From contig OZ234494.1 of the NCBI GenBank assembly GCA_965153455.1, positions 4,650,001 through 4,714,000 of the forward strand: a DNA stretch of 64,000 bases, written 5' to 3'. Both the position numbers and the translations under genes were made by a program. Position 1 is the first letter of the stretch. Every line of letters begins with the position of its first letter. Below the pieces are notes generated by a model, which saw only the letters and a program-made list of their open reading frames with translations, was not told the origin of the DNA and did no database searches. Shown here piece after piece: positions 41,460-54,000 of this stretch. This DNA comes from Sphagnum compactum (lineage: Eukaryota).

Positions 41460-43340
41460 CTAGGAAGGCAGAATGGGAATTGAATTATGTGTTTCCAAAC
41501 ATTTGGGCTACATAACTACCTTGAGTTGAGGTGATGATGGGCCCTACTAACAAGATGTCCATGGTTACGTGTAAAGTTTGCATTTCTCTTGGGTTGGGAA
41601 AAGAAAAAAATAGTTTGTCCCCAAGTTGCACATTGAAAAAGGAAAAAAAATGCATATTGTGATAGATTTCTAGAGGTCCTAGAATAAGGACATTTGATTA
41701 TAGATTATGAAAACATGTGATAATTGTTTATTCTTGTCAAGTCCCAAATACCCCTTGACATTATTGGAACGATTTAAGTGCTTGGAACATGGCTAAATGT
41801 ATGCACCATCTTCTGTTCACAAACACACATTTGGAAATTGGTTTTAAAAAAAAAGGTTTATTTCAATCTCTATTAATGGGGTAAACACTATGCAATTACC
41901 AATCTTGGTTCAATGCTCGTGTTGTTGAAGGTTGGAAGTGCATGCCAATTTTATTAACTTTGGAGCAAGTGGTGAATCGTGGTACAACAAATAACCTCAC
42001 AAAGGTGGTAATGGGGTAGTGTGCCTCAATTTGGGGGCCTTTCAAAATCTAACCTTGCTTCAAAATTCATAAAATTTGACACAAACAAAGTTTCAATTTT
42101 CTAGGGGGCAAACATAAGTGTCATAACAAATAAAAGGAAAACATGCCCACAACATTCTAAATGCACACTATGTTGCACCCAAGACAAATTTGAAAGTGCT
42201 CACTCTTTCAAGTTTACCTTTAGTGTTTAAGATTGACATATTATTGTAGTCCATGTACACTTACTATTGTCTATCCTTTAAGTGACATTTGGATAGATTA
42301 GGTTTGTGAAGTTTTTGGAGCAAAAGGCTTTAAAGAAATTTCACAATATGAAAACATGATGGATCTTAATGTTTTCATTTGATTTTGATGGAATACAAAT
42401 CACTTGTGATTCAAACGATTGATGAACATGTAATGCATGACAAGACTAATGCAAATCCATAGTTATTGTGTTGATGTTGAAGTTTTTTTGGCTTAATTTG
42501 CATGGAAATTGTTCAACATTTGTCAAAGTTTATTCAAAACTAAAACATTTTCATATGTGAGTTTGTTGCTACCATGTAGGAATGTGAGGGCCAATTGTAT
42601 CATATGTATCTAGTGATGAATTGTACAGGTATGGCCTGAAAGAAAATGGGTAGTTTCTAGATATCATTGAACACTCCAATGATATTTTGCAATGTGCATT
42701 ATACTTAGCTCACTAAGCCATCAACTAGGTTTGAATACATAGCTTTTTGGTTTATATGAAAATACTTATATGTAATATTGAAGAGATTGTGTAACATGTG
42801 CCTTGAATGGGGTTTCCAAGATTGATTAGCTCATGATAATGCAAGAAGTGCAAAAGCAATGCACATGTGTTGTTTAGGGCCTAATTAAAAACTTGTGACA
42901 AAGGTTCCCTTCACAAGAGATTATGAATACCATTGGCATTATTTACCTTCACATTTTGGGGCTAACCAAGTTTACATCTCTTGTTTGATGCATTGAAGTG
43001 AAAGGAATATATTTTAAATGACAGTGATGGCCAACTCTATAATAGTAATGAAGCTTCCCTTGGATTGCAATTTATGTTCTAAGACGTGAATGTTGATAGC
43101 TAATTAGATCATTTTTCACAAGTTATTAGAGTGATCAAAGTTGATAAAACTTTCAATGGCTATGGTTTTAGGGAGAGTGGAAGATGAAATGTGTTTTTTA
43201 TGTTTTCTTTCATGAATAACAAATTGAAAAACTGACTAATATTTCATTGGATCTAATAGTGCGATTGTATGCACAAAGTTTAGATATTATGGAAACCTTT
43301 TCATTTATTGCAACTATCAAATTGTGGAACTGATAGAAGC
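41460..43340 (+). mobile_element. Decayed hAT-superfamily transposase relic
   Basis: Fragmentary translations: MVTCKVC (~41561), HYWNDLSAWNMAKCMH (~41759), FISIS (~41857), H-Y-V-A-P-K-T-N-L (degenerate HCxAHRxNL, ~42166) and the C-terminal dimerisation motif VEDEMCF..F.F.MNNKLKN*L (degenerate SVEDERxFS..MKxKLRNRL, ~43178). Confidence 0.65.
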
Positions 43341-45321
43341 ATCGAAGGGTTCAAACACAAGAATTGCATAATAAATGCCTTTATGTAAAACAACATAAGC
43401 CTTTAAAAATCCTTAAACCATTTTTTAATACGTTTATTGTTTTGTTTTTGCATTTCTTGTTACCATGCCTTTACATCTTTTGTCTTTGCATCTTTTGGTC
43501 ATTACTATGAATGTATGATCATCATTGAAAGATTATGCACATACTAAAATCAATTGTAAAATCATGAAAACTCAATACTAGAGTCCACAATTTGATTGAG
43601 TCCAAATGAATTTAATGAAGTCAATTTTATGCTTTAAAAAAGTTTTGTTCAATATTGAGAGCTACACTATTCTATACCAAGATAATATTAAAAAATCATT
43701 TCGCATCCAAGAAGTTGAGGCAAAAATGAAAGTACAAAAAGAAATTGTCACAACCTTCCAAAAAAAAAACATGAATCTTTGTATTTCCTTCTGGCAACAC
43801 ATCTCCAACCTTTTACAAATTTTAAAAATAAGAATGACATGAGAAAATCTTCATATCATTCATAAGCCACATAAGCACCTCATCCTTGCTTACAAAAATA
43901 GGTTTGTATTTTAATATTTTTCACAAATTTTTAGTCGATTGACAAATTCATGTCAATCACTTTATCCTCAAAAACTAACTATTCAAATCGCTTCATCTCC
44001 TAGTACATAGAAAACAATAAATGAATACCCATCAGTAATAATTTAAAAATTACTAAAATACCCAATAGTCTAGCTAGACTAAATAATTTTCCCATTAAAA
44101 CATTTTTTCATTGAAAATTTATTTTAAAAAATAATTCATAATAATTTTACCTTGAAAATATATTTTGTACAATAAATTATTGTGAAGTAACACCTTCATT
44201 CACTTAAACTATGACAAGATAGAAAGAACGCCTGATTTTCTATGTTCATCCTTAGTTTTGAGGTTTCATCCCCAAATATGGTTGAATTTTAAAATACCAA
44301 AAAAATTAAGCATGAAACTGCAAAGAGGGGGTCAAATTGAGATTGACTTTAAGATAACTTTAATGCAGTCAAGAAAATGATATAATTTTGCAACCCTAGA
44401 CCTTAATGTGGCCAGCCCATGAGATATTGAACATCACCCACCCACCATAACCCAATTTATGCAGCTTTTTAAGTTCAGATGGGATTCAGTGTGTGCACTT
44501 AACCTAAAGTGCACCATCAACAAACCACAACTATTAGGGAATAAGGTATATATTATCTATCCATTATCTATCCATATATATATAAATATAAGGTATATAT
44601 AATCTATCCATTACCTTTATATACATATATGTAGTTTTTAGTAAGACAAAGCAGAGGGCACAAGCATTGGACAACAATTAGGTGGTGCAAAGGCACCATG
44701 CACAAGTTATTTGACAAGCACTAGGTGCCGGGAATTCATGGCCATCATCATGAGCCTGTAGCAATGCAAAATATTGCTACAAACAGCCAGGGACGACGAC
44801 AACAACAACAACAGCCATCGATAGCCCCATGGCAGCAGAATGGGACAAGGCTACATGATGGGGTTGTGTTGTGATGATGAGAGTGTGGGCCTCCTCGCCT
44901 CACCGTGCAGACCAATATTGTGTCGGCATCATGTTGGACATTCTGCACAGGAAACACGCAAAGGGGAGGGGAGATGGGCAGGAAGAGTGAGTGAGTGGGT
45001 GGGTCCCCATGGTTGTGGTAGCCAGAGCCCATCACCTACCTCCTCTGTAGAGAGGGCCAGGAACCCTCTGCTATACTTACACTCTTTTCATTAGGGTATT
45101 TTGTTTTGAAGGAGGTTTTTGGTTCCTTCCTTCCTTCCTTCACCCAAGGAAAGTAGAGGAGGATGGAATGTTTAGTAGGGGGCAGGTTGCGGCATTTGTC
45201 TCAGGGGGATTTCTAGAGTCACGGACAGGCATTTTCTACATTACGAAATTGTGCATCACACATCATCACATGTCTCGCACTCTTTAACAATGGACCTTTG
45301 ACACCTAAAGCACCGGCAGAA

Positions 45322-45497
45322 AAAGCAAAATGCTGACCAGAGCAGCCATTTCCCTTTTCAAGAAAGCCGGGGCCTTTCCAAAGGAGAAATTTTTTAGTGT
45401 ATATACGGAGGGCACCTTATCCACCAGAATTTCTCCTCAGGAAAGGCCCGGGCATTTTTGAAAAGGGGAATGGCTGCTCTGGTCAGCATTTTGCTTT
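45322..45497. repeat. Inverted repeat: 70-bp arms (45322-45391 / 45428-45497), 36-nt loop
   Basis: Direct alignment gives 64/70 Watson-Crick pairs, and the outer 29 bp are perfect. Confidence 0.95.
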
Positions 45498-48400
45498 ATC
45501 TAAAATTTTTTAAAAAAAGAATTCCCATGATACCAGGTGGGTACGTGCTGGGTATCATGGGAAGAAAATAAAAGAATAATTTTTTTGCAAGTGCTTTATG
45601 ATGGGTATCGCCCTCACAGCAGGGCCTTTTGGAAATGCCTGCTGGCCAAGGCAGAGCAGAGGGGCGCTTTAATTGGGGAACACCTTGCTTCTTTGAGCAT
45701 TACCGTAGCTCCCTAGAGCAATCACAACTCAGAACCCTCAGAACCCCTTCCACTGGAAAGAGTTACACCTGCCATTGGAAGTGGGCTTCATGGGTCTTTC
45801 TTTGAATTGCTGCTATATTAGGATGGTGCCCAACTAAGAGTATTTTCAACCTTGTAACACTGAGCTTTGGAGTTCAAATTGGTAGTCTTAGCACCATACC
45901 AAACCTCTAAGATGAACTTCTAAGATGTTTGTAAGGAAGTTTGTAATATTGTGAAGACTCAGCACAAGCTACAACCTTGTACATAATGAAGCAGGCCTTA
46001 GAAAGAGCAAAGCCTTTGACAAAGTGTCAAAGATAGATGGACACAATAATCTAAAGGGGAATTCCTTCAGTCAGGCGGTACTTACTCAGATGTGAGATGT
46101 CTACCTAACCAGCATATGAAGGAAAAGAGAAAAGACCAAAAACCCTAGAACTTGCAAACTTTCAATACCCTCTAAACATTCATTAGGATGGGTTTCAAAA
46201 AGTTGGGGAGGGGGGGGGGGGGGGCAATGAATCTAAATGCACACTGGACAATGTTAAATTACAACATAGTCGACCTCATGACTTGCATTATTCCCCTCAT
46301 GATGCTACTACCCAGTAGCCAAACTGATGTTGTCAGGGGGCCTTGCTACTAAGTCTTGTATCTATTGGGTTTAAAGAATAAACTTTCACTAGACGTCTCT
46401 GCAAGAAACAAGAGACAATTAAGGCAAATTTAGCCTATCATTCTGAACACCTACATTGGTACCAAGGTAAAAACTCCAAACTTTTTGGGGTTGCTTTTTG
46501 AACTTTAAACATTATGAGTGCGTGGTCTTCAGGCTAAATCAGGGTCTCTGAGTCCAAATTTAACATTCCCAGAATTAATTACACCTACCAAGAGGCCTCA
46601 CTAAAGAAGTGGGAGGAATGGTGGGTGTAGGTGCTGCTTCACCCTAGCCTTCTAGTAGAAATGGATCTTGATAGAAAAGAATAAAGCAAGGAAATGTGTT
46701 CAGCTTTTTTTTTTTTGGTTTTGGTTGTGGCTTTAGGAAACCCTAGAACCCCACAAAATTTTCTCCCTAGGTTAAGTTTTTCCATGCCACCCACACAAAA
46801 AGTTATTTTTTGAGTTTTCCTAAAGGGAAAAAATTCCATTTTGATGTTCCATGCAACTAGGTACTTAAGGGTAAAGTTATTTTTTGAAATTTCCAAACTT
46901 TTCTAAAAGAGAAAAAATCCCATTTTGATGTTCCATTGGATGTGGGACTTAAGTCGAGTGTTGGGGGTGGCATGAGAATTGGGCACACCTGAGATCACCT
47001 GAATCCTCTTTAGGTTAGGAAGTCATATGAGATATTCAGAGATGAAGTTGCCACAATTTGTGTGTGACCGACCCCATGCACTATTGTTTGGTCCAAATGG
47101 AATGACACGGCGTCCCGATCCCCCCCCCCACCTGTGAAAGTAGGTTTGTCAAATGTACTTGATTGAGAAGGTTTAATTTTACATTCCATATGTATGGTCA
47201 ACTAAAAATTTAGTACACACCGTTTTGTGTATTTTCTTCCTTCTAGAACTCATCATGTTTCGACTTTTCTATGCACTAAGCTCTTGATTTCAATCATCTC
47301 TGTTTGTTTTGCTGGATAACGTTGGTTTTTTCCTTTTCTTGGGGCTCTAAAGTATGTGAACAATGACAACCCTTCTTCTCAAAAAGGCCCTTGTTACATG
47401 GATTGCTGTTGGTGGTTCTCAGAGTTCTCCTTTTTCCTTGTGAGTGGGAAATCGATCACTTTCAGGTAATTATGGCTGTAATTGATCAAATCCCACCCCG
47501 AACCCAGGCACAAAAAGAAGAACTTGATCCCAAGCAATTCCTGCTTGGATCTTTCTATACTGCTGGTATTCATGATTGATCCAAAATCAGATTTCATTCC
47601 TTTATGGATCTCTTCAGGGCTCTCTCTTATGCCATATCTTCAACCACTCCATGTTGCTGTCTTTGGTTATAAATATATATATATATATATACATGGATGT
47701 ATGCATATGTATGTATGTATATCTCTCTCATACGTCTCCATCCCTTAACACTCTTTTATAGATCCTTTCACATTTGTTTCTTGAGATTGGCACTGGGAAA
47801 CTAAAATATTGAACCCAGTGCAACTTGTACAAAGGATTTTTTGAAGAAAAATGAACCAAAGTTGACAGAAAATTGAAGGGAAAAAACTATGAAATTGTCA
47901 TATTTAGACAATAGGTTCCAGCGGGTCGCCAACATACAACAGGATTCTTTTAAAAATCTACTTCTGACCTGTAGCCAAATTTGGCTAATTCCTCTTATGA
48001 GGATTGCCAGTGTGGCACATCACAAAATTGAGGGGGGCGGGGGGGGGGAGGGGAGGAGTAGTGCTATTCACCAGTGGCCCAAGCCAGAGAGGCAGTACCC
48101 AACAAAGAAAAAGTACACAGAGCACAGGAGAAAAACAATCAGTGGACGACTTGGGAGTAGGTACCTGAGTCCCCTCCCCCCCCCCCCCCCCCCCAACCCC
48201 AACTCTCTGGTAGCCACAAGAAGAAAGGTAGTAAACACAACTCAAAGGACTACATGCAATAGTAGATCCAAAAAATTTCTGGTGAATATCTCCCATAGTA
48301 CCTTGGCAGCTTGGACACTACCTAATCATACTATATTCAGAAATGTTTAAATTTTCCCAAAAAAAAAAAAAAAACTTTGGTGAAGGAAAGTATTGCAAAA

Positions 48401-48899
48401 TATTCAAAAATTCTATTTTTTCAAATGAACATTTCATATTTAGTTAATTAATTATATTCAACAGATTATGTGTCAAAGGTGCCAAAGTACTTAGACTATT
48501 TTTCACAATACAACAAAAAAAGGAAGAATGAACTACATACAAATTCTCTGTGAATGAATTCCCCAAAGAATGAAGTTACTTACCTGTTAAAACAAAATTA
48601 ATTCAAAAGGAACAATAGTACCCTAATTATGGGGCCACTTCAGCACATGTCCATCGAATAATTAATTAATTAATTTTGAAGATTCTATTATTGAAATGTG
48701 GATTATTCCTGAATATTTCACAAGATTCTTCATTTCAATTCACAAAATTTCCCTTTTCTTTGAGAAAAGTTGTTTTTAAAAATTTCATCCTTTCTAAAAG
48801 TAATATAATTTGTGCCAAAGAAGCCGCCAAGGTACTATGATATCTGCAATTCCCAAATGTTTAAAAAATGGTATCTGAAACGATTAGCCAAAATTTGTT

Positions 48900-51027
48900 T
48901 AATTTGTGAAATTCGGCACTGCGCTGAACTGGGTGCCCTAAGAAAGACAGAGAGAGAACGGCCGGACCGTTGGACAATGCTAATAACCCCTGGGCGGGAC
49001 CAGTACAGCGCTGGATAATCTAGAGCTCTTGATAATACAGACGTACGGATCATCGTAGCTGACAGAGACCGCGGGATAAAGTAATGATTGCTGAAGTTCG
49101 AGGGAGTAACTGGCGGGTAAAAGAGTACACAGCCAAAACGACACGGATTATCATAGGGACCTACTGCGCAGTGTTTTGACGAACCGCGCGGTGCGAAATG
49201 CGAGGCCCCGCGGTCGTCTCGCACGGTTGGTCTGAACTGGAGGCGCGATGGCTATGGCCACTACACTGCTGCCGCCCGGACTCTGTCTCTCTGGAGCTTC
49301 CTGTGTTCGCGCCTACGCCAACTACGTGACCTTCAACGCCATCCGCACCGCCTACGTGTTACGCAGGTCTCATGTCTGCATTCTGGATCTGTTCAGGTTC
49401 TGCTCCTGTTACGACTTGGAGCATGTTTTCTGTGTTTTTTGGTGGCTTCTATCTATCCCTGGTTGTTTGTTGTTCCGTCCAGTCTCAACCTTGTTCCTTA
49501 GTCTCCATTATTCCACCGCTGCGTCTGGGACTTTGAAGGTGATTGCAAGCAGATTCATTATTTCCTCTTTGTTCCGCAGCGATTTCCATTTTTTTTTGGT
49601 GGGGCTTTTAGTCAGTGGTGATTTTAAGCTTTCTTCTCTGTTTGATGCTCGTGGTGTCCTTCAGCTGTGTCCTCCTCTCATCTCTTCTTCTTTGTTAGCG
49701 TTGCGGCAGCTCTCCTGGAGATGGTAGTTTCAAGTGTCGTTCGGTATTGTTGTACTCTGTGTGGTTTAACGGTTCCTCCTCCTCTCATAGCTGGTTTTGC
49801 TTTGGAGTGTTGAAGCGAGGCGTCGATGTACAATTTGCAAGTGTTTTAGAAGAGGGGTTTTTTGTTGCTGCTGCTTGTGGTTCGCAGGACTTGGTACCAC
49901 GTGATGAAGCTGAAGCAAAATGTTGTGAGCAGCATCAGTCACTGTGGCCGCTTCGACAGCCTGGTGATCTGATTTCCGAGGTCTGTGAGTTTGCTTGCTT
50001 GCTTTTTTTATGTCCCTTTTGCAGCTCTGTATCGCTATGAAGCTTGGAATAACTAGGTTCGATTTGCAAAGACTCGCTGCCGGAGACAGCGAGCGAGCTC
50101 ATCTTGTATTTCCGAACTGGGTAGATTTGCAATAGACGCCTTTTTTCCTGTCTTTCCTCCTGTAGTGGAAAACAAGTGCAATCTTGAATGCCATGAAGCT
50201 TGTAGCTGTCAGCTCACTTCTTCACTCGTTCTCGGCACGGCCCCCTTCTCTCCCTCTCCGAATGACGAGGCCTGCGTCGACTTACGTTCTCGGATCAGAA
50301 ATCCGCAAGATTTGATGGTTCTTGTTACGAAGAAATAGCTCCACGTTTGGGACATCATAATCACACAAAGATCTGCAATGGTCGGACTTCTTCGTACGCT
50401 ATTTCTTCAACGAAACGAAGAAGCAAGTTGTAATTCGCGTATAGTCCGTCAACGCCGAGTATGGCATTTGATGCATGGCCGCAAGGACAGGACTGAAGAA
50501 GACGGGTCTCTCGGGTGTCGGGAATAATGTCGCAGCTAAAGCTCACACTGTGATATTCCCGATGCATCGTGCTCGTGATGGACTACAGCATTTATTGGAC
50601 GGTCCTTTGAATTGTGGAGATCAGTCTCCAAGAAAACCTCATCAACGATAGCAGAGTAGAAAAACTTAGCTACTATCTTTGAACCTGCCTTCAACATGAG
50701 AATGCATCAGTCTTGTGTTGCAAACACATCTCTTGTGAGATTTGTTGTGAAGAGGATTTTGTCTTCCTTCACGAAAGCGTAGAGCTTTGTCTCACTGAGA
50801 GTAATAGCATACTTTTTTTTACAAATCTCTGTGCATGTGCAAATCCATCATGAAGAGAAAAAGTGTCGTGTCCATGTTTCTTGTGGGGGATCGTATTGAC
50901 TTCCACAAATCTACTTTCCTGTATGGTCGTCATATGTACCATGTCCTACTGGTTTGAGAAAATGATGGCATTTATATGGATCTCTTGAAATTGTTATTTC
51001 CCTTTTATGCAGCCAAACTGAACTGAA
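48900..51027 (+). promoter_or_regulatory. CpG-rich proximal promoter and long, probably multi-intron 5' leader of the HD-ZIP III gene
   Basis: GC/CpG content rises sharply at ~48910. Pyrimidine-tract acceptors end at 50024 (..CCCTTTTGCAG), 50165 (..TTCCTCCTGTAG) and 51013 (..TTTTATGCAG). Donor-like sites lie near 49367, 49397 and 49981-49985. The TSS cannot be determined from sequence. Confidence 0.5.
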
Positions 51028-54000
51028 ATGGACCTTGAACCATGTTCCACTTGCTACAGAAATTTGAAGGCAATGCAAGAAGATTCTGGCATGGATGTGT
51101 CTGGAAAATATGTGCGATACACAAATGAGCAAGTGGAGGCTCTGGAGCGGGTATACCATGAATGTCCCAAGCCAAGCTCTATACGCCGCCAGCAGCTCAT
51201 CAAGGATTGTCCTATCCTTGCCAACATTGAGCCCAAGCAAATCAAAGTCTGGTTTCAAAATCGAAGGTCTGTGTTGCATATCTAGTCATGATCTAAATTG
51301 TGTACATGAGATTATGCCCATTTCTTGGAGATCTCACTTTCGTTCTCATGGAAATATGTTGGTGTGTAGGTGTCGTGAAAAGCAGCGAAAGGAATCATCA
51401 CGGCTTGTCACTGTGAATGCAAAGTTGACAGCTCTAAATAAACTGCTGATGGAAGAGAATGAGCGACTGTCAAAGCATTCTTCACAGCTCACCCTTGATA
51501 ACCACCTATTACGCCAAGAACTTCAGCAAATGCCTGCCACTCCTGGCAAGCGAAAACTTCCTGATCAGGTCAGTAAAAGCAGACTTTGAATCATGGGCAT
51601 CCACTTAAGCTGGGGTTAAAGAAAAGCATTGATGTGCAATGTATTTGAGTGTGAGTGTGCAGGCAGCTTTGGCCTCCACCGATACTAGCTGTGATTCAGT
51701 GGTCACAGGTGGGCTGCCTCCGCAGCCAACTCCTCAGCATTCTCCACGAGCCTCTAGCCCTGCCGAGTTAGTCTCTCTTGCTCAGCTCTTCTGTAATCCT
51801 CAGAGGACACAGCTATCTGCTCTTAGACTTGGGACTTCTAGGGTCCTCTGTTTGCAGTTGGTTATCAGTGCTGTCAGCTCTTCCCCTTTGCAATGTCAAT
51901 TTTCTGATGTCCATTAGTCAAGAATAATTTGTCTTTTCTCTTTTCAAGCTGCAAGCTTCTTCTGGAGCTTGTTGCAGGTTTTTTGTTGCAAGTTCATTGC
52001 CTGCAAGAGCTCCTCTTTTGTTGAACTTTGTAGGGAATCAGCATTCCATGTGCTTGAAATTTTTGAAAGGAATATTTTGCAGGAATCTGATGCAGACCAA
52101 CTGTGGTCCAGTCAGTATGCATCAGATGTAGCATGTTTGAAGATCAGATAAGATCTTTCATGGACAGTCACATTGTTGGCATCCTATTGATAGCAGTGGG
52201 TTGGCAGATTGTTGTCGATTGCAGAGGAGACTGTCACAGAGTTTGTTTCAAAGGCCACAGGAACTGCAATTGACTGGATTCAGTTACCGGGTATGAAGGT
52301 GTGTCAGCTGCATTTTTCCTGCTGCCTGTTTGCAAGTATGCCAGTGCACGAATGATGATTGTTTAGGAATATGGTGGTGAGGGTGTCTTTGCTAGAATCA
52401 GAGAAACTGAATGTTCATACATTAATGCACTGAAATGACATCAAGATGTATTTTTGGCTAGTGCAGCCTGGTCCGGATGCCATTGGCATTGTTGCCATTT
52501 CTCATGGTTGTCCGGGAGTTGCGGCGAGAGCTTGCAGCTTGGTGGGGCTGGAGCCCAGTAAGGTACCTTGTGGCTATTCTTGTCTCCTTGAAACAGATGC
52601 CATAAAGTCATTCAAGAAGTGAGGAAAATGTATACTCAGGATCTGTAGCTTGCAGCCTGCACACAAACTCTTCTCTTTAATTCAGATGCCTGATGCGCAA
52701 TGTTATTGTTCTTTGGGCAGGTTGTGGAGGTTTTGAAAGATAGGCCGTCGTGGCTCCCGGACTGCCGTCGTTTAAGCATATTAGGTTCTTTCCCAACAGC
52801 AAATGGAGGAACTGTGGAGCTCCTTTATACACAGGTCAGCTAAAATCCAACGACTTTTTACTTGAATGTGCTGTGATTTCTCACTGAAGACCTCATGACA
52901 AACTCTATGATTTGTAGTTTCAATTGTGGACAGTTCTTATAGATATAAATGGTCTGGATAATTGTCACTGCGTAGGCCTTAATGAATTCCTAGTTACAAG
53001 AAGGTAGTAGTGAGTTGTTTTGTTTGTGCACACTGATAACTTGATGTTAACTCCAAAATTCCCAACAACGTTCTCTTGATGGTTCATGCTACGAATTGTC
53101 CCTTAACTGCCAATCCACTGTAACTTGTTAAGCTGAAATTCAGCCTGTGTGCCCTGCTTGTGTTTGATTGTGACCACTAGAATCCCCTAACCATGTGGTG
53201 GCATGCTGGCTTGATCCTGAACTCCAGGATACTAGTATTTTTGGAACAACTGCCAAATGTTCTTTCTTAGTATTTCTCCTTGTGCATGTGTGCAGATGTA
53301 TGCACCAACAACACTTGCCCCTCCCCGGGACTTCTGTACCCTCAGATACACTACTATTTTGGAGAACAGAAATGTGGTGGTGAGTTGATTGATTGTGGTC
53401 TCTTTTCCTGTGATGTTCAGTTGTCCCACATAATAAAGGTTCTAACTGTAACATTATTCCCACAGACATACTATTTCAACACATTATTTCATGACATATA
53501 ACAGTGGATTGTTTTTGCCAGATTTGTGAACGGTCTTTAAGTAGAGCACAAGGAGGGCCAATGATTCCTCCTGTCCAGTCCTTTGTGAGGGCAGAGATTT
53601 TACCCAGTGGTTACTTGATCCGTCCATGTGAAGGCGGAGGATGCATCATTCATATTGTTGACCACATGGACTTAGAGGCATGTTTTATTGCTTAACCTTA
53701 AACCCTAAACCCTAAATCACAACTACATACTTCATCTTTCTCTGATAGTTGGTACATGGCACACAGCTACAAACTCTATCCCCATTATTTTGAGCTCGGT
53801 TTAGACTATATATTTCTTATTAAAAAATGGAAATTTCCCCTTGCAAAATGTGCAGTCAAATGCTTTAGCATTGTTCTTTCAGTAGCTGGCTTTATATTTA
53901 AGCTGTCTTTTTTTCCAGCCATGGAGTGTGCCAGAGGTACTTCGACCCCTCTATGAGTCTTCAGCTGTCCTTGCCCAGAAGACAACAATTGCGGTGAGTT

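Noticed and set aside
47791..48012. Apparent CACTG...CAGTG element with TGG 3-bp TSD (CACTA-like)
   Set aside because: Similarity to the 38129/40021 repeat family continues past 48012 (GTGGCACATCACAAAATTG), so the right 'TIR' is internal and probably coincidental.
49248..49727. 159-aa ORF as an independent gene
   Set aside because: After ~40 codons it runs through T-rich intron-like sequence with no recognisable domain. It is treated only as a uORF candidate.
49200..51027. Second miR166 site in the 5' leader
   Set aside because: The best partial matches (ATGAAGCTTGG ~50037; CAGCCTGGT ~49957) lack the rest of the pairing.
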